Below are positions 18,543 to 27,155 of a DNA stretch of 64,000 nucleotides, piece after piece. The stretch covers positions 1,600,001-1,664,000 of the forward strand of contig OZ244065.1 in the NCBI GenBank assembly GCA_965215505.1, given 5' to 3'. This DNA is from Capsulimonadaceae bacterium (GTDB taxonomy: Bacteria; Armatimonadota; Armatimonadia; Armatimonadales; Capsulimonadaceae). The translations under genes and the position numbers were made by a program. Positions within the stretch are counted from its first letter, which is position 1; each line of letters opens with the position of its first letter. Below the pieces are notes generated by a model that was given only the letters and a program-made list of their open reading frames with translations, was not told the DNA's origin and did not search any database.

Positions 18543-21500
18543 CTATGAACAGCCCAGGCTCGTGCCGCAGGAAATGCAGCGGTAGCAGGCGCCGTTGCGG
18601 ATCGTGATGGCCCCGCACTCGGGGCAGGGCGGGGCGTCGGACTGCATCCGGTAGATCTCGCGCTCGTGGTCGGCGATGGCCGCCGTGTTGGTGTCTGCGA
18701 GGTGGAACAGGTCGCTGGCCTTGGAGCCGCTGCTGTTGCCGTTCTTGCCATTGCCGCTCCCGTTGCTCAGGCTGCCGCTCTTGGCGTCGTGGGCGGCGGG
18801 GGGCGGCGGGGCCGGGAGCTTCGCGGGGGCGGCGGCGTAGGCCGGGTCGTCCTGGTCGGCGATCAGGCCGACGTTGTGGCGGTCCTCCTTCTGCAAGAAG
18901 CGCAGGGCGAGATACCGGAAGATGTAGTCCATGACGGACTTCGCCATGGGGATCTCTTTGTTGCCGGTGAAGCCGGACGGCTCGAAGCGGGAGTGGATGA
19001 ACTTGTCTACGAGCGTCGAGAGCGGGACCCCATACTGCAAGGCCAGCGAGATGGCGGTGGCGAAGCTGTCCATCAGGCCGGAGATGCTGGAGCCTTCCTT
19101 AGACATGCGGATGAAGATCTCGCCGGGCTGGTTGGTGTCCGGGTACAGGCCGACGGTCAGGTAGCCCTCGTGGCCGCCGATGCTGAACTTGTGGGTGAGG
19201 CCCGCGCGCTCGTCAGGCAGGCGGCGGCGGACGGCCTTCGGCGTGGCGAGGGGCGCGGCCTCCGCTGTCTGCATGGCCTTCTTCTCGGCGGGCGCTTCCT
19301 TGCTGGTGTTCAGCGGCTGGGTGCGCTTGGAGCCGTCCCGGTAGATGGCGACGGCCTTGATGCCCAGCTTCCAGGCCTCCATGTAGGTTTCGGCGATGTC
19401 GTCGGGCGTGGCGTCGTTGGGGACATTGACGGTCTTCGAGATCGCGCCCGAGATGAAGGGCTGGGCGGCGGCCATCATCTTGATGTGGCCCCGGTAATGG
19501 ATCGAGCGCGTCCCGTTCATCGGGCGGAAGGCGCAGTCGAAGATCGGCAGGTGTTCCGGGTCAAGGTCTGGGGCGCCCTCGATGGTGTCGTGTTCGTCAA
19601 TGAATTTGATGATGCCTTCCACCTGCGCCTCGTCGTAGCCGAGCCGCTGCAAGGCCTCGGGGACGGTCTGGTTGACGATCTTCATCATGCCGCCGCCGAC
19701 GAGAGACTTGTACTTGACGATGGCGATGTCCGGCTCGATGCCGGTCGTATCGCAGTCCATCAAAAATCCAATGGTCCCTGTGGGCGCGAGGACGGTGGAC
19801 TGCGCGTTGCGGTAGCCCGAGGCCTCGCCCTCCTCCAGTGCCTCGTCCCAGGCGGTGCGGGCGGCATCGAGCAGGGTGTCGGGGATCAGGGCGGCGTTGA
19901 TCTGGTCCACATGGTCGCGGTGCTTGTGCATGACGCGCAGCATCGGCTCGCGGTTCTCGGCGAAGCCGGCGAACGGCCCGCCGCAGTCGCGGGCGACGAG
20001 GGCGGACTGGTGGTAGGCCCGGCCCGTCATCAGTGCGGTGACGGCCCCGGCGTAGGCGCGGCCCGCGTCGCTGTCGTAGGGCAGGCCCGCCGCCATGAGC
20101 AGCGCGCCGAGGTTGGCGTAGCCCAGGCCCAGGGGCCGGAACTCGTGCGAGCGCCGCTCGATCTTGTCCGTCGGGTAGGAGGCGAACCCGACGACGATCT
20201 CCTGGGCCGTGATCATGATCCTGACTGCGTGGTCGAACGAGTCGGTGTCGAAGGCCGCCGTGCCCTCCTGCCGGAACTTCATGAGATTAAGCGACGATAA
20301 ATTACAGGCAGTGCTATTAAGGAAGAAAAACTCCGAACATGGATTAGATGCGTGGATGCGATCCGTGTTCGCGCAGGTGTGCCAGTCGTTTGCGGTGGTG
20401 TCGTACTGCATGCCGGGATCGCCGCAGACCCAGGTGCCTTCGGCGATGCTGTGCAGCAGGTCCTTCGCGCGGAAGGTTTCGGCGGTCTTGCCGGACATGC
20501 GGAACTTGGTGTCCCAGGTGGCATCGGCCTCGACCGCCTGCATGAACTCGTCGGTAACGCGGACGCTGTGGTTGGCGTTCTGGAAGGGGACGGTGTCGTA
20601 GGCACCGCCCGCGACATTGAACGCGCCCGAGTAGCCGGCGTCAATGAGGGCGTGGGCCTTCAGCTCGGCGTCCTTTTTGCAGTCGATGAACTCTTTGACG
20701 TCCGGATGGTCAATGTTCAGGACGCGCATGCAGGCCGCGCGGCGGGTGCTGCCGCCGCTCTTGATGCTGCCCGCCGAGGCGTCCAGGCCCTTCATGAAGG
20801 AGATCGGCCCGCTGGACCGGCCCCCGGCCTCCAGCGGCTCCTTGGAGGAGCGGAGGGTGGACAAGTTTAGGCCCGACCCGGAGCCGTCTTTGAAGAGCAT
20901 GCCCTCGGTCTTGTAGAGGTCTAAAATGCTCTCCATTGTGTCATCAACTTCATTTATATAGCAGGCACTCACAGCTTGACGTCTGCTTGCCCACCCCAGG
21001 TTGAACCAGACGGGGCTGTTGAAGGCGGCGTACTGGTGCAGGAGGATGAAGCGCAGCTCGTCGTGGAAGGCCTCGGCGTCGGCCTCGGTGGCGAAGTAGC
21101 TGCCCTGCTTGCCCCACTCCAGGATGCGGTCTGCGACGCGGCCGATGAGCTGCTTGACGCTGTACTCGCGCTCCAGGGTGCCGATCTGGCCCCGGAAGTA
21201 CTTGGAGACGACGACATTGGTGGCGAGCTGCGACCACTCCTTGGGGATTTCGACGCCGTTCTGCTCGAAGACGACGGCGCCGTCGCTGCCGACGATGCTG
21301 GCGTTGCGGAGTTCCCACTGGACGCTGGCCCACACGTCCTGGCCGGCCTGGGTGTAGCGGCGCGGGATGGAGAGGCCGGGGGAGTTCGTTTTGGCAGTTT
21401 TTGCGGTGCCGTTCTTCGGCGCGGCGGGTGCCTTGGGGGCCGTCTTGGCGGCGGGGGCGGGCGAAACGGGGGGCATGGGTTCTTGTTCTGTTTCTAATCT

Positions 21501-22100
21501 CTGTTCGACTTCGGGCGCGGCCACGGGGTCCGCGAATGCTTCCAGGTCGGGGCCGGCGACGGCCTCGATGACAGGCTCGGCAATGGGTTCAGCAGCAGCC
21601 TCTACGATGACGGGTTCAGCCTCGGCTTCCATGACAGGCTGGTCCGCTCCTACGGTCATAGGCTCGACGGCCACCATGAGAGGGGCCTCTTCCTCGTACA
21701 CTTCTTCTGCCGGGGCTTCCTCGTCGGTACGGAGGTTGAAATCCTCCCGTGCGGCGCGCAGGGGGCTGGCGAGCGGGGCCGGCTCGTCGGCCAGCATCCG
21801 GGCCATCACGGTGTCTTCAAACGGGTCGTCCTCGGCGAACGGGTCGGAGGCGTCGTCCAGTTGGGCGATCTGGGACGGGGCGGGGAAGTTGCCGACGGGG
21901 ACATCGGCGGGGTGGCGGGCGTCCAGGTCCACCTCATCGCCGCCGAAGAGGGCACCGCCGATGTCGGCGGGTGCGGCCTGTGCCGCCGGGGCCGGCGCGG
22001 CGGCCTTGCGCGCGGCGCGCGGCGGGGCCGGCTCCTCATCACCCATCAGGTCCAGGGTCGTCCCGGACGTACTCTTTTTCCCGTTGCTTCGCTCTGCCAT
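18543..22100 (-). CDS. nrdJ: vitamin B12-dependent (class II) ribonucleotide reductase with long acidic N-terminal extension and C-terminal TSCPD/Zn ribbon
   Basis: FNSPVWFN, SAC, SNPCSE, ACNLSSLNL, APTGTI, GIEPD, YRDGSK, CPECG..CISCG; RBS GAAGGAG before ATG 22100. Confidence 0.95.
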   Translation of the reverse strand: MAERSNGKKSTSGTTLDLMGDEEPAPPRAARKAAAPAPAAQAAPADIGGALFGGDEVDLDARHPADVPVGNFPAPSQIAQLDDASDPFAEDDPFEDTVMARMLADEPAPLASPLRAAREDFNLRTDEEAPAEEVYEEEAPLMVAVEPMTVGADQPVMEAEAEPVIVEAAAEPIAEPVIEAVAGPDLEAFADPVAAPEVEQRLETEQEPMPPVSPAPAAKTAPKAPAAPKNGTAKTAKTNSPGLSIPRRYTQAGQDVWASVQWELRNASIVGSDGAVVFEQNGVEIPKEWSQLATNVVVSKYFRGQIGTLEREYSVKQLIGRVADRILEWGKQGSYFATEADAEAFHDELRFILLHQYAAFNSPVWFNLGWASRRQAVSACYINEVDDTMESILDLYKTEGMLFKDGSGSGLNLSTLRSSKEPLEAGGRSSGPISFMKGLDASAGSIKSGGSTRRAACMRVLNIDHPDVKEFIDCKKDAELKAHALIDAGYSGAFNVAGGAYDTVPFQNANHSVRVTDEFMQAVEADATWDTKFRMSGKTAETFRAKDLLHSIAEGTWVCGDPGMQYDTTANDWHTCANTDRIHASNPCSEFFFLNSTACNLSSLNLMKFRQEGTAAFDTDSFDHAVRIMITAQEIVVGFASYPTDKIERRSHEFRPLGLGYANLGALLMAAGLPYDSDAGRAYAGAVTALMTGRAYHQSALVARDCGGPFAGFAENREPMLRVMHKHRDHVDQINAALIPDTLLDAARTAWDEALEEGEASGYRNAQSTVLAPTGTIGFLMDCDTTGIEPDIAIVKYKSLVGGGMMKIVNQTVPEALQRLGYDEAQVEGIIKFIDEHDTIEGAPDLDPEHLPIFDCAFRPMNGTRSIHYRGHIKMMAAAQPFISGAISKTVNVPNDATPDDIAETYMEAWKLGIKAVAIYRDGSKRTQPLNTSKEAPAEKKAMQTAEAAPLATPKAVRRRLPDERAGLTHKFSIGGHEGYLTVGLYPDTNQPGEIFIRMSKEGSSISGLMDSFATAISLALQYGVPLSTLVDKFIHSRFEPSGFTGNKEIPMAKSVMDYIFRYLALRFLQKEDRHNVGLIADQDDPAYAAAPAKLPAPPPPAAHDAKSGSLSNGSGNGKNGNSSGSKASDLFHLADTNTAAIADHEREIYRMQSDAPPCPECGAITIRNGACYRCISCGTSLGCS

Positions 22101-22237
22101 ACTGTCTCCTTCTAATTTTTCTGTCCTTGCTGTACCGTTGCATCTTCCGCTGAAGCATTTGTGGTACGTCATGCCGCATAGACACGCACGACGCCCAGAA
22201 TACCTTAACCGAAAATGTCTCGGCGAACAGGAAAAGA

Positions 22238-22435
22238 CTATCGCTTTTTGTTGCCAGTTTCCACTGTAGCCTGTGAGTTGCTTATTTCCACTCTCTTCCC
22301 ATCTGGTGTCGGCTTCGGCAGATTGGGCGGATGAGGCGGCACCCAATTTCTGCCTGCATCTGCATCAGTCATGCTGTAAAATTCGCCGTTCAAGGTTTCA
22401 TCTGCTACAATGGCGGCTTCATCCTTAGATGCCAT
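22238..22435 (-). CDS. motif peptide 4 (65 aa, ADAGRNWVPP)
   Basis: ATG 22435 with AAGGAAG upstream; shares motif with three upstream peptides. Confidence 0.75.
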   Translation of the reverse strand: MASKDEAAIVADETLNGEFYSMTDADAGRNWVPPHPPNLPKPTPDGKRVEISNSQATVETGNKKR

Positions 22436-22442
22436 GAGGCTT

Positions 22443-22601
22443 TCACTTCCTTTTATCCTTGCCATCTTCCGGTGACTTCACTGTGGACGGTTTAGGTGGC
22501 GATGGTGGGGTCCATGCTCGACCAGGATCGCCTTGTGTGTCATCGTGTTCACCTGGCGGAACGTCGTTTGTTAGGATAATGCTCTCGGTATCATCAGGCA
22601 T
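22443..22601 (-). CDS. motif peptide 3 (52 aa, GDPGRAWTPP); not in ORF track
   Basis: Manual translation MPDDTESIILTNDVPPGEHDDTQGDPGRAWTPPSPPKPSTVKSPEDGKDKRK. Confidence 0.78.
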   Translation of the reverse strand: MPDDTESIILTNDVPPGEHDDTQGDPGRAWTPPSPPKPSTVKSPEDGKDKRK

Positions 22602-22607
22602 GATATA

Positions 22608-22787
22608 CTACTTTCGGCCGCCGCCGTGGTCTTTAGATGGCGGCGGGGGAATAGGTTTCTGAGGTGCTGGAGGTGCATTCCAGTTCCGGCCTGGATCTCC
22701 TGAGTATCTATCCAATACTGGATCAGGCTGAGGCTGTGGCATCGGCAAGTTGCGCGGTTCTGGAATGTCATTGCTCACGCTGGTCAT
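22608..22787 (-). CDS. motif peptide 2 (59 aa, GDPGRNWNAP); not in ORF track
   Basis: Manual translation MTSVSNDIPEPRNLPMPQPQPDPVLDRYSGDPGRNWNAPPAPQKPIPPPPSKDHGGGRK; ATGA overlap with peptide 1 stop. Confidence 0.78.
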   Translation of the reverse strand: MTSVSNDIPEPRNLPMPQPQPDPVLDRYSGDPGRNWNAPPAPQKPIPPPPSKDHGGGRK

Positions 22788-22984
22788 GATTTACTATCTG
22801 GTGTGCTGTTGCTACCACCGCTGTTTGTGCTTCCACTTGACTGAGAGGCAGTCGTGTCTGCTTGGGGGGCAGATGGCGTGGGTTTGGAAGGAGCTTTCCA
22901 GCCCCGGCCCGGATCACCTTTGATGGAATCACGCTTATCCGGGCTAACCATCTTTTCCATCGTCATGTTTTTGTCTGATGCCAT
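22784..22984 (-). CDS. motif peptide 1 (66 aa, GDPGRGWKAP)
   Basis: RBS TAGGAG; starts 12 nt after 3-TM gene stop. Confidence 0.78.
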   Translation of the reverse strand: MASDKNMTMEKMVSPDKRDSIKGDPGRGWKAPSKPTPSAPQADTTASQSSGSTNSGGSNSTPDSKS

Positions 22985-22996
22985 TCGTGTTTGCTC

Positions 22997-23743
22997 CTAT
23001 CGTATGTTCATAACCGCGAAGGTGACGATTAATCCCAAGCCAACGATGAATGCTATGGTTGCCGTGAGGTTGAGGGCTTCTGTCAATTTACGGAATGTTT
23101 CCCGCTTTCTAGTGTAGCACTCCGACTTCTTAGTAAAATTTTCTTGTTCACCGTCATCTTTGGACAAAGAACTGTCTTTGTTCGATCTCGCGGCTTCTAC
23201 TGAGTAGGATAAGCTCTTCCGGGAAGCGAAGTATGATACGAGGACGAACACAACTGTCAGGCCTAATGAACCCCAACCTCCACGAAGATACCATAAGTCT
23301 TTAAGTGAGTGCTTGTTGCTGAGAAGCGTACCGATGAACGTCGCGGATAATGCCAAGATGCCACTACTTATGGTCAACAGCAAATTGTCAGCTTTTTCGT
23401 AACTAGCTGCAATCAGTTTCTCTTGCTGTTCCTCATACTTGTCGAAGGAGGCGGATGTGTTCTCCCTAAACTTTTCCCACTCCTTCTCTGCACTATCTTC
23501 TACGCTTCCGGAGGTTGCAGAAGGCGTGATAATTATGGAGGGGACAGTTATACTTATTGTCGCACTGCCAAATGAGAACTGCACATCGCTTGGAAGCCCG
23601 GCAGGGGCAACTTGTGCAGTTGGTGCCGCAAGACCTGAATGTACCTTTCCTTGTGTCGCCTCTACTTTTCGAGGTACAACATTCTGCGGATGATGATTGG
23701 CCGCGCCTGACTCCACCTTTTCACTCTGAAGATCAGTTTTCAA
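22997..23743 (-). CDS. hypothetical 3-TM membrane protein, AT-rich
   Basis: Hydrophobic segments LLLTISSGILALSATFIG, WGSLGLTVVFVLVSYFA, LNLTATIAFIVGLGLIVTFAV; start codon uncertain. Confidence 0.75.
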   Translation of the reverse strand: MKTDLQSEKVESGAANHHPQNVVPRKVEATQGKVHSGLAAPTAQVAPAGLPSDVQFSFGSATISITVPSIIITPSATSGSVEDSAEKEWEKFRENTSASFDKYEEQQEKLIAASYEKADNLLLTISSGILALSATFIGTLLSNKHSLKDLWYLRGGWGSLGLTVVFVLVSYFASRKSLSYSVEAARSNKDSSLSKDDGEQENFTKKSECYTRKRETFRKLTEALNLTATIAFIVGLGLIVTFAVMNIR

Positions 23744-23771
23744 TCTACTGCCCTCTGTCAGACAAACCCGG

Positions 23772-24260
23772 TCACTCTTTTCGCAGGCGACCGCCCTGCT
23801 TCTTCAGCAGGTTCACGATGTCGCGGAACTGGGTGGCGTCCTCGAACTGGCGGTACACGGACGCGAAGCGCACATAGGCGACCTGGTCGATGCGGCGCAG
23901 GTTCTCCATGACCATCTCGCCGATCTCGGACGACGGGACCTCTTTGTCCAAGCGGTTGGTCAGGGTCCGCTCGATGTCGTCGGAGATGGTCTGCAAAGTT
24001 TCCTCGGAGATCGGGCGCTTCTGGCAGGCCACGCGCAGGGAGCGCAGCAGCTTGTTCCGGTCGAACGGCTCGCGGCGCTGGTGGCCGTCGCGGTCGGGCT
24101 TCTTGACGACGGTGAGCTGCATCTCCTCGATGGTTTCAAACGTGGTGAAGCGCCGCTCGCAGTGCTTGCACTCGCGTCGCCTCTTGATGGCCTCGCCGTC
24201 GCGCATCGGGCGCGAGTCCAGCACGGCGTCGTTGTCATGGCCGCAGTACGGGCACTTCAC
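23772..24260 (-). CDS. nrdR: transcriptional repressor NrdR
   Basis: MKCPYCG..DSR..RRRECxxCxxRFTTFE, ATP cone, VAYVRFASVYRQF. Confidence 0.97.
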   Translation of the reverse strand: MKCPYCGHDNDAVLDSRPMRDGEAIKRRRECKHCERRFTTFETIEEMQLTVVKKPDRDGHQRREPFDRNKLLRSLRVACQKRPISEETLQTISDDIERTLTNRLDKEVPSSEIGEMVMENLRRIDQVAYVRFASVYRQFEDATQFRDIVNLLKKQGGRLRKE

Positions 24261-24340
24261 GAAGATGTTATCCTATGCACCCCATCTTATCCCATGCACC
24301 CCACCGGAGCGAAATCCTCCGCGCTGCCTCTCGTCGGTCT

Positions 24341-24393
24341 TTCCTACATATTGTGTAGGTTTTTAGTATATCACACTAAATATGGCCTGTCAA
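24341..24393 (-). promoter_or_regulatory. nrdR promoter with tandem NrdR boxes
   Basis: Minus-strand TTGACA (24388-24393), 17 bp, TATACT (24365-24370); boxes ACACAATATGTAGGAA (24341-24356, rc) and ACACTAAATATGGCCT (24373-24388), 32 bp apart. Confidence 0.85.
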
Positions 24394-24487
24394 GGGTTGC
24401 GCGATTCTTTTTCTTCGGTACGCCGTCCTTCAGTTAGCGGGCTGATTAGCCATAATCCTCTATAAGACTTAACAGCAGCGAGGCGGC

Positions 24488-24694
24488 ATGATGACTCCTA
24501 ATCCCATCGGCATTCTGAACGGGCAGGGCGGCGAGATCCTCATCGAGATCATCCAGGACCAGGGGGGCGTCAAAGCCTTCCCTAAGGACGGCAATAAATC
24601 GATGCTGGAGACTTTGGAACGGCTTGCGGAGGACGGCTACCTGGAGATGCTCAGGGAGACGCCGGACACGATCATCTACACGCTCGCCGTCTGA
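24488..24694 (+). CDS. small hypothetical protein
   Basis: RBS GAGG, host-like codon usage, LERLAEDGYL helix. Confidence 0.6.
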   Translation: MMTPNPIGILNGQGGEILIEIIQDQGGVKAFPKDGNKSMLETLERLAEDGYLEMLRETPDTIIYTLAV

Positions 24695-24824
24695 GATCCT
24701 GTGAGCGCCTAAATCCTTTGAGCGGAGGGAGGCCCCGCGCGGCCCCGAAATCGGGTACAACAACGGCATTAAGAACGGCTAAGAGTCCCGTCATGGCTGA
24801 CGGGCGGAGCCGGAGGGGAATGCC

Positions 24825-25835
24825 ATGCATGTACTGTTTATCGGCGGGACCGGGCTGATCTCGACGGCCATCGCTCGCCAGCTTTTGGAGGCGGGGCACC
24901 AGGTCACGCTGTTCAACCGGGGCAAGTCCGAGAGCCGCCTGCCGGGCGGCGCGTCGGAAATACGCGGCGACCGCAAGGACTATGCGGCCTTCGAGCAGGG
25001 ATTCGGGGATAAGACCTATGACGTCGTCGTGGACATGGTGGCCTTCCATCCCGATGATACGGCTTCGGCCATCCGGGCGTTTACGGGCCGGTGTGGTCAG
25101 TTCATTCACTGCTCCACCGTCTGCGTCTACTCCGGCCCCGTCACCCAAATCCCGACAACCGAAACTGAGCCGTACCATAGCATCGGCGGTTACGGCAAGA
25201 ACAAGGCGGCCTGCGAGGAGCTGCTGTTTCGTGCTTTCGCAGACGGTCAGTTCCCTGCGACGGTCATGCGGCCCTCGCACTCCTACGGCGAGGGCGGCGG
25301 CATCATACGCTCGGTCGGGCCGGGCGACACGTTCCCCGACCGGCTCCGCAAGGGCAAGCCGGTCATCGTGCAGGGTGACGGCAACTCGCTCTGGGCCTCC
25401 TGCCATGTGGACGATGTGGCGCGCGGGTTCATCGCCGTCATGGGCAACGCCAAGTGCCTGGGGCAAGCCTACAACATCACCGGCGACGAGTGGTTTACCT
25501 GGAACACCTATCACGAGCAGGTGGCAGAGGTCTGCGGCGGCACCTTCAAGCCGGTTTACATCCCTACCGAAACCTTGCGCGAAGTCGCGCCCGGCATGGC
25601 GGGCGGGACCTATGAGATCTTCGAGTGGCCCTCCGTCTTCGACAACGCCAAGCTGAAGCGGGACACGGATTACGCGGGCCAGACGATCAACTTCAGGGAA
25701 GGCACGCGCCGGACCCTGGCCTGGCTGGAGTCGAACGGCAAGCTGAAGGACAGCGACGCGGACGACTACGAGGACCGGCTCGCTGCGGCCTGGGCGGCGA
25801 AGACGGCGGAACTGCCGAAGCAGTCGGGAAGCTGA
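24825..25835 (+). CDS. NAD-dependent epimerase/dehydratase (atypical SDR)
   Basis: IGGTGLIS, YGKNK, HVDDVARG. Confidence 0.9.
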   Translation: MHVLFIGGTGLISTAIARQLLEAGHQVTLFNRGKSESRLPGGASEIRGDRKDYAAFEQGFGDKTYDVVVDMVAFHPDDTASAIRAFTGRCGQFIHCSTVCVYSGPVTQIPTTETEPYHSIGGYGKNKAACEELLFRAFADGQFPATVMRPSHSYGEGGGIIRSVGPGDTFPDRLRKGKPVIVQGDGNSLWASCHVDDVARGFIAVMGNAKCLGQAYNITGDEWFTWNTYHEQVAEVCGGTFKPVYIPTETLREVAPGMAGGTYEIFEWPSVFDNAKLKRDTDYAGQTINFREGTRRTLAWLESNGKLKDSDADDYEDRLAAAWAAKTAELPKQSGS

Positions 25836-25840
25836 CCCCC

Positions 25841-26869
25841 ATGGACGCAGAACAGGTTCGGAAGCGGCTCCGGTCGCGGCAGACGCAGGACCGCATTGGG
25901 GCGGTCAAACAGGCGCTGGGCCTGGACCGGCCGGAGCGGCAGGCGCTTCTTTTGGAGGCGCTGGCCGACAAGTCCCCCTACGTCGGTGCCCTGGCGGCGG
26001 AAGCCTTGGGCGAGAGCGCCGACGACGCGGCGGCAGTGGTGATGACGGAGCGGTTCGCCCACCTGAGCGAAGACGGCCCCGCACGCGACCCCGGCTGCCA
26101 CATCCGGGGCAACCTGGCGTTTGCGCTGGGCCGCCTGCAATGCTATGCCGCCTCGGATGTGCTGCGGGTCGGCATCCGCACGGTGCAGATCGAGGCGGTC
26201 GGGGGCGTCCCGTTCGACACGGCGGCCCACCTGCGTGCGAACTGCGCCCTGGCCCTGGCCCAGATCCGCGACCTGGACAGCGTCCGCGACATCGCCCTGC
26301 TGCTGTTCGACCGGAGCGGCTTCGCGCACGGCCTCCCCGACCCCAGGGTCAAGATGGAGCCGCGCAAGGCGGCGGCGCGGGCGCTCTCCCTGACGGGAAG
26401 CCCCCAGTCGCGCCTGCCGCTGACCCTGCGGCTGGTCCACCCCGAGAACGAGGAGCCGGAGGTCCTGCAAGAGTGCATGCAGGCGCTTGTAGAGCTGGAA
26501 GACCCCCACGCCCTGGAAGTCCTGGAACCCTACCTGAGTCACCGCGACATGCGCCTGGCCGCTTACGCCGCCCTGATGATTGCCCAGACGCAGGCCCCCG
26601 AAGCGGCAGCCCTGCTGGCCGGGGCCATCGAGCGCCTGTCCGGCGATCCCCTGCGCGCGACTGTCTTGGCCCTGATGACTCTGCACACCCCCGAAGCCCA
26701 GGAACTCCTCTACTCCCTGACCCGCTCCAACCGCGAGGCCGTCCGCCTAGCGGCGGTCGAGGCCCTGCCCCGCAGCTCGGCGGGCCGGACCGTTTTGGAA
26801 GCCCTCGCCGCCCACGACCCCTCGGCGCGCGTCCGCGCCGCCGCGAAGGCCGTTATCGCTCAGGAGTAG
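25841..26869 (+). CDS. HEAT-repeat protein
   Basis: Repeated VRxAAxxAL helices; ATG 25841 follows the previous stop. Confidence 0.8.
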   Translation: MDAEQVRKRLRSRQTQDRIGAVKQALGLDRPERQALLLEALADKSPYVGALAAEALGESADDAAAVVMTERFAHLSEDGPARDPGCHIRGNLAFALGRLQCYAASDVLRVGIRTVQIEAVGGVPFDTAAHLRANCALALAQIRDLDSVRDIALLLFDRSGFAHGLPDPRVKMEPRKAAARALSLTGSPQSRLPLTLRLVHPENEEPEVLQECMQALVELEDPHALEVLEPYLSHRDMRLAAYAALMIAQTQAPEAAALLAGAIERLSGDPLRATVLALMTLHTPEAQELLYSLTRSNREAVRLAAVEALPRSSAGRTVLEALAAHDPSARVRAAAKAVIAQE

Positions 26870-26965
26870 ATTTTTGATGCCCGCGATTGTGAACGCAGTG
26901 CGTTCAGAATCACAGAAGTCTCAGCGTGTGGCGAATTACCTGCCAAGTGTTCCAATCTGGAACGT

Positions 26966-27017
26966 ACTGCGTTCCAAATCATGAAACCAACTGCGTTCCA
27001 AATCATGAAACCAACTG
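26966..27017. repeat. 24-bp tandem duplication
   Basis: ACTGCGTTCCAAATCATGAAACCA twice. Confidence 0.85.
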
Positions 27018-27155
27018 AACGGGGTCGAAGAACGCTGAGGTCTGCCCTTCGACGGCACCAAAACATTCGGGAACATTTTTCATTTACCTTTCATCTAAAA
27101 GGGGAATACTAGAATAGCAAGCGAACCACGGTCCGCTGCCTAGAAGCAAGGAGAG

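Noticed and set aside
22101-22237. Cobalamin riboswitch upstream of nrdJ
   Set aside because: No B12-box or GGGAA..GGTG core visible.
18543-22346. Intein in NrdJ, or start at 22346
   Set aside because: Catalytic motifs are contiguous with no splice-junction insert; the RBS supports ATG 22100 and the upstream part overlaps peptide 4.
22571-22771. 66-aa track ORF MTFQNRATC
   Set aside because: Alternative frame; the overlapping frame 22608-22787 carries the shared motif and a coupled start.
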